DNA of 57,711 bases, filler included, from Jimgerdemannia flammicorona (Eukaryota), in NCBI GenBank assembly GCA_003990765.1. It is 2 parts of 2 records of this genome, joined end to end, with 100 filler letters (N's around TTAATTAATTAA, not from the genome) between each part and the next. Parts side by side here need not be neighbours in the genome. Positions count along the whole stretch, not along the records: positions 28,914 to 57,711 come from RBNJ01000541.1; 1 more part is not named here. One strand, 5' to 3'. The notes beneath the pieces are model-generated. The model made no database searches. It was not told the DNA's origin and saw only the letters and a program-made list of their open reading frames with translations. The position numbers were made by a program, and so were the translations under genes. This document shows, in pieces, positions 36,886-49,223 of this stretch (position 1 is its first letter; each line of letters opens with the position of its first letter).

Positions 36886-37568
36886 AAAATTTCTGCCATT
36901 ACCATAGGTCCCCTAACCCCCTCACCTGGCTGCCTGCTGATGGAAACAGTGCCGGCGCGGCCATCCTTTTCTAGGCTTCATCCCGTCGTGTCAATTGCTG
37001 CCGATCCATCGCCTCATACACACATACATGCAGATTCATTTACTTTCGGGATTTTAGGTTTTTTTTATTGTTTTTCGTTTTTTGTTTTCTGTTTTTTGTT
37101 TTTTGTTTAATCCAGATACCAGATAATGTAAGTTATGACATCAAATACTATTATATGATCGATGTTGGGGAATAGAAATATATGTGTATATGATATCTAA
37201 CTCTGCTTATTTGCTTTATAAATATCATCAGATATTGCAAGGTATGATATCAAATGCTTTTTATGTAATGATATTGAAGATGTATATATATCATCTCTAA
37301 CTCAGCGAGGTTGGGCTGATATGCCTACCTCGCATTTATCCCATCATCTTTTTTATTCTCTTTATTTTATAGGATTAGGGATCTACATGTATGTATGTGT
37401 GTATCGAGGTGATGGACTGCAGTGTTGATACGGAGGTATGTAGCATAGTAAGGATGCTCACAAAGGCACCAACGTCGGCATATGCGGTTAAAAAAGTGAG
37501 TAAGGATTGGTCAACGGACAAAAAGAGGGCAGAAAAAAATATTTCGTCATCTGCGATATATTATATTT
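36886..37568 (+). repeat. Left copy of a ~680-bp inverted repeat pair
   Basis: It is the reverse complement of 56986-57700, sharing for example CTGCCTGCTGATGGAAACAGTGCCGGCGCGG and AAAGGCACCAACGTCGGCATATGC. Confidence 0.92.
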
Positions 37569-37935
37569 ATGGTGTATATACGAAATGGACATTAATAATA
37601 ACTAGAATATGAGTACAACAATGTATATATCTCCTCTTTTTTGAGTAACAATAGTTTAATATTTTATTCATCTACTTTATATATTGACATTTTTGTGTAT
37701 TCGTATTTCGAAGGACTATTCACAAACTTCAGAGTATAAATGCAACATAGAAAATGAAAATGTCATATTATAAATGCCCTCGATTATATACGTTTTGGAT
37801 CTTTGTGGAGATATTTGCAGTCATATACTTTTCGTACATGGTATATGCACGGCATGCTCAACAATTGAGAAGGCTTGCGCGGGGAGTGTTTGTAAGAGCT
37901 AACGTTCAGTTTCAACCTATTGTACCCATGATTAA

Positions 37936-38046
<111 letters not shown>

Positions 38047-39076
38047 ACATATGATGCTGCGACCGGTCTTGGCTAATAAGTAAGACAAGGGCATTGCATG
38101 CATGGACCCCTTTGTTCCAATGCACCATAGTTGGGTGAGCAGACTATACCTGAAATGCTGTCTTGACTTAAGAATATATATAAATTGTGCACATTATATT
38201 CTGCATAGTTCCTGAACTACCGCCTATATATATTTATAAGTTTCTCTGTAGCTAATAATATCGATAGAAATGATGTAGAATGGGCTGCTCGTTATGGCCC
38301 ATACAGCTGTTATCGCCCTCTCAGAAAAAACAGCATGGAAAAATAATATGCTACTGGATCCTATGTCAACCTGAACGTGCGTCCAGTATAATACAAAGCC
38401 ATCATCAAAATTTAGATCGACATTGAAGGTTAAAGGAATTCTAACGTACAGACCACGAACTGGATACACAAGTTCTGTAGGAGGTTCTCCGTCGACACCA
38501 AATTCAATAACAGCGGCCAGAGACAAGGTGTAGTGGTTCCTGTTTCTAATTGCTGGCTCCTTTTGGCGCCACGAAATTCTGCGCAGGCTGAAATATAAAG
38601 CCTCCTTCGCTTCAGCTGCACTGTGCACTTATTGCCTTTGTGCTTATTTTTTTTTATTTTTATTTTTAATTTTTTAATTTAATTTTTACCTTTAGAAATA
38701 TGAAGAGATAGTTGCAATGCCCAATAGACATTACCTCATCTCTCAGGCTTTCAGCAACATTTTGCCGACCCAGACCAAGCTTCGCAAAGATTATGACATC
38801 GGTGTATGTATCTTGATCTCTTATCAAATGAGTTGGTGGTTTCGCCGATGCAATACGCAGATTGTCTGGTAAAAAGCGAGTGTGACTTAACCGCGGGTCT
38901 AAAGACAGCTGCTGGACTTAGCAATGGAAGACCACGAAAGCAGAAGTGATGACATACTATTGTTTATCATATTGCATTTTGTCCAGTCCTCATATTATTC
39001 GGTATGCTACAGTGTGATTTTATGTATCAAAACTAGGATGATGACCCCAAAATTTTATGTTTAATTTTCAATATAT

Positions 39077-40148
39077 TGTAATGTGCCAGCTCAATAGAGG
39101 CAAATTACAAGGTTGGGGGTTGATGTAGTTTGGCTTGAGCCCCTAGTTACTTTGTCAAAAAGCAACAAAATGTTCGATGGTTTCTGGTATCCTTGTTAGT
39201 GTTTAGCAGTATAATAGTCAAATCTGGATACAGCGGTCGATTTCTAGGTGGATTTCCTTATTGGGACGGTTCTTTGGGTGTAGCGACGATTTCGTATGTG
39301 TGGTGTGACGGGTTTCTTATGTATGCGATTTCTGGTGTAGCGTGACGATCTCCAAAAGTATGCGATTTCTGGTGTAGCGTGACGATCTCCAAAAGTATGC
39401 GATTTCTGGCGTGACGATCTTGTTTGTTACGCGGATGATTTGGCGGACTTCCTTATTAGGCGGCGAGTTGCTTGGGTTGGCGGATAACTCAAAAACTCGG
39501 ATGGCGCGGATCCTTCCTGAATCGGCAATTTACTTGAAAACGGCGGGCTTCTTGGGCAAAGTTACGTCAGAGACTGGCTTCGTTTGCGTGAAGTTACGTC
39601 AAAAGAGACTGGCTTCACTGCGAAGTTGCATCAAAAGACTGGCTTTGTGGCAAGATGGCAGACTTTTCTTAAAAATGGCGGCTTTTCCTTAAGAGGCAGA
39701 TTATTCAAATGGTGGCGAAGTTCTTCACTCGAACTTGGCGGGTTTCTCAGGCTTTGTATCAGAAGTGGACTGGAGTGGGAAAAGACAAAGCTCACAACTT
39801 CTTGGCAGTGGCTCATTGGCAGGTTTCTCCTCCTAAGTGTACCAGACAATTGGCTTTTGCTTTGGTTTGTATTTTGGACTAAGGTTTATTCACTCTTGTC
39901 TCTGGGGTATTTTATACATTGTGGTTGCTACCTGGTTGCTACCTGGCTAATTATAGAGTGCTGTTTATGGCAGGTATTTCTGGTTTGGTACAAGTGTTCT
40001 GGTCTGGTATAAGTAAACATACCCTATCTGGTATGTCTGGCTAATTATGCAAGTTGGCACAATAAAGCAATCTTGGTTGTCTAGTGCACCTGTTATAGTA
40101 TGTGGCTATTTGATAATTCCAATGGTACGATTTCTGCTGCTCGTTACA
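39077..40148 (-). mobile_element. Solo LTR related to family B, with CpGs largely intact
   Basis: Runs TGTAATGTGCC...GTTACA. The U5 end and the TATA/AATAAA core (39880-39950) match B. The flanks ATAT/ATTT match at 3 of 4 positions. Confidence 0.88.
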
Positions 40149-42849
40149 ATTTTTTTTTTTTTTCTATTAATACAGTGAGTCGTGTACCAGTAGGATATGA
40201 ACGTTGAAGGGAGGCCATCCGAGACGATTGATGAAATATGTGATTGCAACAATCCATGTTATACTAATATATTAGTGGCTTCACTCCACTTAGTGCCAAA
40301 ACAGCTGTTGAGGAAATTTAGCAGTCCCACGGTATTGAACTGGCGCCTAGCACACAGCGTGGCGAGAGCTTTACCAGTGTTACCTCCGTTACCTCGGGTA
40401 AAAATCACATGACTATGGCATTTGTAGTCAACACACTTAAGCGAAATGCATGTGTCAATCGACACAAGCCACCATCACCTCGGCTCCCACGAGTTTAATT
40501 AAGTGACCTTCCGGTTTGTGAACCTCTTCAAAGTTTGTACTTTTATTCTCCCTCTGTTGATCAAGCTCTATCATGTTCCCAATCGAATACGTGCTGGCGT
40601 CAATCGCAAATTCTCATCGCGTCGATTGCCAATACTGGAATGCGGAGGCTGAGGAGGCTTGCCGGCGAGTAAGAGGCGAAGGCCAGATGTTGTGATGAGG
40701 AACTTTATCACACTCACAACGCCGCACTAATTGACAGCTAAACACTGATGGAGGTGGAGAATCTGATGACGGCAGCACTACAATTGTGACAAGCAAGCAT
40801 GACTTCAATTTCAGTACTTGCCAGGAAGAATCATTTTTCAATTCCGGTATTCCCTTGATTGTTGACACAGACAAATGGAGAAAGTTTGCCATACGAATGC
40901 AGATCTATGAACTCGGCTTTTTTTTTTATTTTCTTTTCACCTGCTAGAATTGGGGAGAATAATATATATATATATATATATATATAATATCAAATATTAC
41001 ATACAAACTAAGACATCAGATACTCGCGATGTAGGCAGTAAGTGAACGGAAGAATAACCTAGCCACCCTGACGTAGCCCGTTCTGCTCAACCCTTTCATA
41101 TCCAAAATCTACACATTCTTGAAATGGAATTTAAAATTACCCAAGGAAACCTGCCCGGCCGAAGCGACGGAGCGGCCAACGGACGAAGAGTCCCACAAAG
41201 AGGGCACCGAATCGAAATGACAACATATAAGGTAATGTATGTCCTAAGCTTTTGGATTCCTGCGTGATGTTGTGAGGCATTTCTCTCTCCGACACTCTTA
41301 TATCGAAACTGCGAACTTGACATTGCGATCTCAAATAAAATTGTTTAATAATTACATGAGTAAATATCACTTCATTCGAATTAGTACCTCATACTGAAAA
41401 TTCTCGATAAATTGCACTACGACGTTCCTGAATTTAGTGCAGATATCTTAATTTCTGCATGTATACCCAAAGAAGAAAACGTTCATTGGCAAAACATTTA
41501 ACATGGTTCTATCGACTCTAAAGAGCGGAGGACGCCTTCAGTTTTGTATGCCATTGCTGCGTGTAAATTAAATCAGCGCTCAGTGAAAAACTTTTCCACC
41601 CCTCTAATACTTTTAAAGTTTTTTAACCTGCTTGCGCAGTTGTCTTGTTCCACAGTTGGACGGGTTATCTATATGTTTACAATACATGATCAGATGCTAC
41701 CCGATCCGTCTCTAAAATACGCGCAATGTCGATTTTTCATCACCAAAATCTTTGAAGAGTGCTTTATTCCATCATAACACCTACCGCAATCGAATTTATT
41801 TGCACATGTGTTGCTCCCAAAATCAACGTCTAAAAACCATAATAGAATGCTTAATTCATAAACAACCAATGCGCAAAGTGAGCACCAAAACATACAACCG
41901 AAAAGAAGCAGCTTCCGATGGGGTCAGGGCCTACCGTCCCTTTTTTAAAGCGCCCGACTTCACCAAGCGAAGCCAACCACGGCGTCGGTCCTATATCCAT
42001 CCGTCGCTCCCTACTTGAACAAGAATTGCGACAATTTCTTGGCGGCCCAGCTCCACCCGAGCGTGCTCCTTCCTGAATAATAAGAGTTCGCCATTGCTAT
42101 GAGCAACTGCTTGGTCCTGTACTGGCAGGAGACTGGGCGTCTTGATGCGTGTGTTTCGACTAATGCATCGACGTAGGGATCGAATCCGACTTGCTTCAAA
42201 ATTGATTTCTTCTGTGTGTTAATCACCTTCTCCTTAACCTCATATCTTCACTCGGCGTCTATGTCATATACATTATCACACATTTTACTCGCACTCTCAC
42301 ATGACATCATGGCTGAATAAGACCACTTGAATTGTTTTCCCAGCGCGCGTCCGGCACCTCGTGTTTGGCGAGTGGGAGCAGCTGAATGTAATAGGCGAAG
42401 GAAGAGGCGAGGCGTGCGGCTCAGGATCCTTGACAGCGTACGCGTCAGTAATCAGCCTGATTGCCTAGGCAGCCCGCCTAGTATTCATGTACAACTGGCC
42501 CAGGTTTTCTAATGTTCTATGGCGGGACGTCCCGATCGAGACACGAGACATCGCCCCGAATGTAACTGAGCAGGGACTTAACATAATTATCATCTTTTAT
42601 ATTAGCAGAATGACAATTACCGGGAGTACATTATCGCTCTACCAAAATTGTTCCGTCTAAATTGTCATTCTGAAAATGTATGCATTTTTGCCACTAGCCT
42701 GGGCCAATATTCCGCATTCCCCTTACCAAAATCGGCATTATGCCAATAACCGTAGTTTATGCCAAATAAATAATCACCATTTTGCCAATATAGTAATGGT
42801 TGTCGTCATCACCCTCCCCCCCCCTCTTTTTTACGCGGGAACGGGACGA

Positions 42850-42975
42850 TCGGCCAATCAGACAAGTTTCGTCTGGTTGCGGTTTAGGACCTAAACTTTC
42901 TATAGGTCACGTGAATCACGTGCTCCTCCCACCTCTACCCCATCTCCATTTCTCTGCAACCACGTATAAAAAAAA
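42850..42975 (+). promoter_or_regulatory. Putative promoter with a CCAAT box, two CACGTG E-boxes and a TATA box
   Basis: GGCCAATCAG at 42852, CACGTG at 42908 and 42917, and TATAAA at 42965, all upstream of the spliced gene. Confidence 0.5.
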
Positions 42976-43225
42976 TAATAGCCCACATAATAACCACAGT
43001 ATCTCAGTCTCGGAGATGGGTCCTCTGATGACAGAAAATCTTTGAGCCACGCCAGATCCAGGTTGGTTCAAGACAATAGAGATTTACCTTTCGATTTGAC
43101 TGCTCCATTGTTGTTCCAATTTTGATGACGTCACAAATGGTGGCAACCATAAACAATTGGTGATGGGTGGCCACTTCTACGTTTCTACGCTTTCAAGCTT
43201 TCGCCATCCAGAATCACAACACATC

Positions 43226-44388
43226 ATGACATTCTCCACCTTGACAACCCTGCTGGAAACCATCACTGGGGTCCTGATCATTCTTGTGATTCAGGCCTTG
43301 GTGATGGTTCTCCGTGCAAACTTCAAATTCGTGTCTATCACGTAAATAAACAAACATGCATCCACCCACGCAGATTGTCTATTTCACATTCTTAAGGCTA
43401 ACGTTTTCCTCTGCCATCTCTCTATCAGGCGCGACCCGCAACCCGACGCCCCCTCGTACCTCCATACCTGTGCTGTCAGCTCCGATGACACCGACACCCT
43501 TCGCAATTGTGCAGTCGATTTCGACAATGCCCGTGCAGAGGCGTTTCGCTCCAGTCTCCAAGATGCCTTCCACACCAGGAAGCTCCGGGATGATGCTGCC
43601 CGCTTCGACGCCTCCTTTCGCTCTTTCAGGGCTGGCCCCCTCCTGCACGACACCAACATCGTCCGCGCTGATGCCGTCCGCGCCTCCGACGTCATCCACG
43701 ATTATGCCTTCCGCACCCCCGAAATCGGGCAATCCAACGAGCCTGTTCCTTCAGGTAATGTTGTGTGCATATAGTTTATACAATAGAGCTCTATAGTTCT
43801 CATTCCTTTTAAACCATATATTTTACCAGGTGAGAGGGGATTACCGCCACCCCAGCCACTTCCTTATTTGCCGCCTCCTCCATGCTATGAGAATGGGTTA
43901 CCCGCTGCTGGTATGAACACTAATAACAAAAGTCACTGCACGCTTGCAGTTCCCATTCACCAGTGCATAGATATGGCCTCATCTTGAAAATACGTTCAAT
44001 TCTATAGGCACCTTCATTCCGATCCTGACCCCAATGCCAATCTCGATGCTGGATGATCTCATGGCCAGCATGCAGCAGTGTGGTGACCCCATGGAGGGGG
44101 TCGAGCCTGCTCCCCTCGAATACTATGACCCAATGGAAGGGGTTGAATATTCCATTGATGCCATGGAGGGCATTGAGGTTGAACCTCAACCTGCTAAGAG
44201 GTTATTATTTCCTTTGATTTTTGGTGGAGGTATCATAGTGTTGATATTCTAAAATTGAAGGTTAACATTACCTATCCAACACTAGGGAGAGTCATAGACC
44301 AGTATGCTCAACTTGTTGGTCCTTGAAGTCAAGTGGGGGACAACAATATCAGTGGCAAGTGTGCACGAGGTGCTGTTGGAGGGGTTGA
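43226..44388 (+). CDS. Putative 5-exon gene for a ~272-aa protein with an N-terminal hydrophobic helix, a Pro-rich PPxY segment, DPMEG repeats and a C-terminal CxxC..CxxCC
   Basis: Exons 43226-43341, 43429-43754, 43830-43910, 44008-44200 and 44286-44388 join through GT-AG introns into one stop-free frame. A branch site GCTAAC lies at 43397, and an alternative in-frame ATG at 43163. The intron-4 donor is weak. Confidence 0.65.
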
Positions 44389-44456
44389 GGGAGAGTGAGT
44401 ATTGATTATATATTTATCATCTTATATCATTACAACAAAAAAAAAAAAAAAAAAAA

Positions 44457-47400
44457 AGAGACAGTTGACATACCAGGATTAAACTTTCGTATATTCTCAA
44501 TTACCTATAGAGAGCTGCATTGGTGGAAAGGGTGCAAGGGAGTGGGGGGTTGTGTGAGTCTTTTTTTATCAGGTAATTTTCTCAAACCATTATAATGAAA
44601 GTGAGCCAGAGTTGAAATTCCTCGATTAATTTTTCATATATTTTCATTTATCTTTAGGGAAAGTGTGTGTGGTGAGAGATCAAGGGATAGAGCAGATGCG
44701 TGAGAGTGACTTTTATTCGGTAAGTATTTTCTCATACTATCTTAATAGAAGCAAGCCTTAGTTGACATACCAGGATTGACTGTTCACAAAATCTCACTCA
44801 CCTTTAGGGAGCGGTTTCGGTGGCGGAAAGGGTTCGAGGGAGGGTAGGTTTGGCAGTGTTTGTTTTAGGTATCTATTTTGCAGACGATTTAAGAGAATCG
44901 CGCCAGAGTACGCATACCAGAATTGACGGTGTGCATATTTCCGTTTGTCTTAGGGAATGGCATTGGCGGCGAAGCTTTGAGAGAGAAGACGTTGTGCGAG
45001 AGAGATTGTTATAGGGTAATCATTTTCTCAGGTCATCGGAATGGAAGCGAACCATAATTGGCGCATCAGTATTGACCGTTTGCATATTCTCATTCACCTT
45101 AGGTATCGGCATTGGCGGCGAGAGAAGGGATCGATAGAGACGGGGTTGTGTTAGAGTGTTTTCACATCAGGTAATTATTTTTCAAAATATCGTAATGGAA
45201 GTGAGTCAGAGTTTGCGTACGAGAATTGATTGTTTTTATATTCTCATTCACCTTTAGGGGGCGGTTTCGGTGGTGGAAAGGGTTCGTTTGGGAGTGTTTG
45301 TTTCAGATACCATTTTTGCAGGCTATTGCAGTGGAATCGTGCCAGATTATGCTTAACATAATTTATGGTTTTCGCATTTACATTTGTCTTAGGGTACGAC
45401 CTTTGCGGCGAATTTTTATAAGGTAATTATTTTCTTAGATCATCAAAATGGAAGCCACCTAGAATCAACGTACCAGGATTGATTTTTTGCATATTCTCGT
45501 TCACTTAAGAGTCGGTGTTGGTGACTAGGGAACAATGGAACGAGAGAGAGGAGGTTGTGTTAGACTGTTTTCGTATCAGGTAATTATTTTCTCAAACTAT
45601 CGTAATGGAAGCGAGTCCGAGTCGACGTACAAGAATTGTTTGTTCACATATTCTCATTCCCTTTTAGGGAGCGGTTTCGGTGGCAGAATGAGGTCGAGAG
45701 GGGGTGGGTTGGGGAGTGTTTGTTTCATGTATCTATTTCGCAGGTCATCTTAATGGAATCGTGCCAGAGTATGTGTACCAGAATTGACGGTTTTCATATT
45801 TCCATTTGTCTTAGGGATCGGCGTTGGCGGTGTAGCACTGAGAGAGAGAGGGGTTGTGCTTGAGAGATTAATAAGAGAGGTAATTATTTTCTCAGATCAT
45901 CACAACGGAAGCGACATACCAGTATTGAACGTTTGCATTTTTTCATTCACGTTAGGTATCGGTGATGGTGGCGAGGTAACATGATAACGAAGGGGAGGGG
46001 GTTGAGTCAGAGTGATCGCATATCAGGTAATTATTTACTCAAACTTCATAATGTAAGCAAGCCAGAATCAACGTAAAAGGATTAAGTGTTGGCGTAATCC
46101 CATTCACCTTCATGGAACAGTTCCGATGGCAGAAAGGGGTCGAGGGAGGGTAGGTTTTGGAGGGTTCATTTATTTTCGTTGGTCATTATAACGGAATGGA
46201 CCACCCGGGGTTAGCGTGCTAGAATTGAGGGTCCGCATATTCTTATTAACCTTTAGGAATGGTGTTAGCGGCGAGGGAGCAAGGGAGCGAGGGAGCGATG
46301 ATATTTTTCTTCAGGTAATTGTTTTCTCCGATCTTCCCAATTGAATTTGGCCAAAGTAGACGTACCATGCCTCACTGTTCGCATATTCTCATTTATCTTA
46401 ACGGAGTAGGATTGAGCGAAGGATAGGGTGGTTGTTCTGGAGTGTTTTTCATCTGGTAATTACATTCTCTCCCATCATCGTAATGTAAGTAAGCCACAAT
46501 TGACGTGCCCAGATTGACTAGTCGAAAACATCGTTCATACTTAAGGAAGGGCTTCGGTGCCAGAAAGTGATCGAAGGAGGGTCGGTTTTGGAGTATTCAT
46601 TTTCGTCATATATTTTCGCAGGCCATTGTACTGAAAGCAAGTCAGAGATTGCGTACCAGGATTGACTGGTTGCATATTCTCATCAACTTAGGCACAGTTT
46701 TGGCAGCAAGGGATCGAGGTAGAAGGGGATTGTGTTTGTGTGTTTTTAAAAGGTAATTACTTTCTCGGGCCATCGTAATAGAAGCAAGCCGAAGTTGCCG
46801 TACCAGAATTTACGGTTCCCATGTTCTCACTCACCTTTAGGGAGTGGCGTTGGCGGCGAGGGATCCAGGGAGAGGGAGTTTTGCGATATTGTTTTTCAAA
46901 AGGTAATTATTTCTCAGACCATCGTAATGGAAACAAACCGGGGCCGACGTCCCAGGATTGATTGTTCGCGGATGAAAGAGCAAGAGATGGGGAGGCTGTG
47001 CATGTTTACATCGGATAATTGTTTTCCCAGACCACCTAATGTAAACGATCCAGAGTCAGCTTACTAGGGTTAACTGTTCACATATCTCTACTAATTTATA
47101 GGGAGTGGAGGTGGCGGCATGTTTTTATCAGGTAATTATTCTCTCCTTGAAAGTGAGTCAAAATCGATGTCCTGGAATTGACTGTTAGCATCTTCCTATA
47201 TACCTTTAAGGGCCGGTTTCGGAGACGGAAAGGGTTCGAGGGAGGGTAGGTTTGTGAGAGTTCGTTATCTGTTATATATATATATGTATATTGCAGGATA
47301 TCGTAATGGAAGCGAGCCAGAGTTCCCATACCACAATTGACGATTCGCCATCTTAGGGAATGGTTCACGGTGGATGGAAAGGAGGTGAAGGAGGTTTTGT

Positions 47401-48170
47401 GAGAGTTTGTTATATCAGGTAATTACTCTCTCTGATCGTTGTAATGGCAGCGAGACTGACGTTGCATACCAGGATTAACTGTTTTGCATACACCAATATA
47501 TCTTTAGGAAATGACGTCGGCGGTGATAGGAAAGAGGTGGAGGTTATAGGAGGGTGTATAAACCAGGTATTTAATTTCTTAGGCCAACGTATTTGGGGTG
47601 GGCCGGAGTTGGCATACCAGGATTTAATTTTAGCATTCTCCATTCATACTTAGGGAAAGGTTTCAGAGGTAGAAAGAGGTCGAGGGTGAGAGTGGTGTAG
47701 GAGCGTTTTCGTTATCAGGTAACTATTAGATCATCATATTAATAGCCACCCTGGTCTCTCGCATCACGATTGACTGTTCATATATCCCCTTTGACCTTTG
47801 GGAATAGTGTCTACAGTGGTGTTGGCGGGGGAGGAGTGTTGTAGGAGAATGTTTGATGTCAGGTAATTTTTCTTAGACCACCATAACGGAAACGAACTGG
47901 AGGTTCTGTACAAGGATTGACTGCTCACCTATCTTCACTTATCTTTAGGGAATAGTGCCCGCGATGTTGGGAAAGTGGCCGAACGAGAGTTGCCCTACAG
48001 TGTTATTTAGGTAATTATCTCAAACAATTGTAATAGAAGTGAGCCACAGTTGACGTTCCAGGTTTGACTGTTCTCCTATATCCATTCACCTTAGGGAACA
48101 CATTGGGGATGAGGGCATTTTGGGGGCATGGGTTCTAGTAGAATTTATTAATCAGGTAATTTTATTTTGC
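44457..48170. repeat. Diverged satellite array of ~25 monomers of ~147 bp
   Basis: CAGGTAATTATTTTCTC...TAATGGAAG...TACCAGGATTGAC...CATATTCTCATTCACCTTTAGGG recurs at mostly 140-155-bp spacing. Confidence 0.9.
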
Positions 48171-48173
48171 TTT

Positions 48174-49223
48174 TCAAACACGAGCCAGTTGTGTCATATA
48201 ACGATTGGCTCTTTCACTATTTCCATTCATCTTAATGGGACCACCTTTTACTCCTAAGCCACCACCAACGCACCCCCAACTGCAAAGGTGATTGGCGAAA
48301 TGTACCCCTCCAGCTTTATCAGAACAGATTTCAGTCAACGATGTATAATCTGACTGCCAAACCCTGATGAAATCCGCCGCCCCCTCAACATCGTGATTCA
48401 CAGTGATCCAGACCACAATAGCGCTCCAAGAAGTGCGTATAACCGGAACCCGATATTTCACTTCCTGGGCAAGCGGAAAAATGCCATACAAGTTCTGGGG
48501 ATATTGAGGCGACCACGGAGTTCTCGTCAAAGCCAGCTTCACGGCACCTTTACTCGGCGATGGTCGATGCGACAATCTCAACTCTTCTACGAAAATGCGC
48601 TGCCAACCAACCAATAGCTCCATCAGCACTTTGATTATAACCTGCCCATTCTTAATCTACCCTCTCACAACGAGATGACGACCATTAAGGGGACCCCTCC
48701 TCAAGGCAGTGCTGTATGGAATGTGCCTGCTTCCCCTTATTATTTTACCCTTAACGAAAATATCCTCAAAAAGCATTGACAACACTGCCAACACTGCCAA
48801 CATTTCCATCGGTGGCATACACCACATGTCAAACCTTTTCTCCCCTGCATAAATATGGACTGCTGATTTCGGTGCCCTCTCGTCACTGCTCAACGACTCG
48901 ATATTTTTCCCCATAACGAAACACAAACGGACACCGAAATCGAGATCGTCCTCGCCATTCTCGAACAACAGGATACCCTTCTGCAGTTTGGTGTAGTCAC
49001 CACCATCTTTCGCCTCGCCCTCGCGCCAGCCCGATATCAGCGTCGAGTCCACGATCTCGTATTCTTGAGAGCGTTGCGAGACCGTGCAAAACCGTTGATC
49101 AATATAACGACGAGACGGCCTTCTCAAAAGACATTCCCGACATGAAGTCATCCCATCCAATAACCACGGTTGTACATCGTACATCATCTCCATGTCAACC
49201 TTTCCATTTCTCTGGACATACAT
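48174..49223 (-). pseudogene. Long unknown reading frame (~350 codons, one internal stop), possibly the last exon of a spliced gene
   Basis: Track ORFs 48657-49223 and 48174-48629 share a frame. On the minus strand they are preceded by a poly-T tract and a CAG (49212-49214). Confidence 0.4.

Noticed and set aside
36413..36905. Lys-rich and Phe-rich ORFs (also 37754-38047, 57396-57648)
   Set aside because: These are translations of microsatellite or homopolymer tracts.
37305..37345. Helitron 3' hairpin
   Set aside because: No CTRR terminus lies at the expected distance, homology continues on both sides, and no Rep/helicase was seen.
43356..43796. Ser/Thr/Pro-rich 146-aa ORF as the real gene
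   Set aside because: It starts and ends inside predicted introns. Only the alternative frame splices consistently through all exons.
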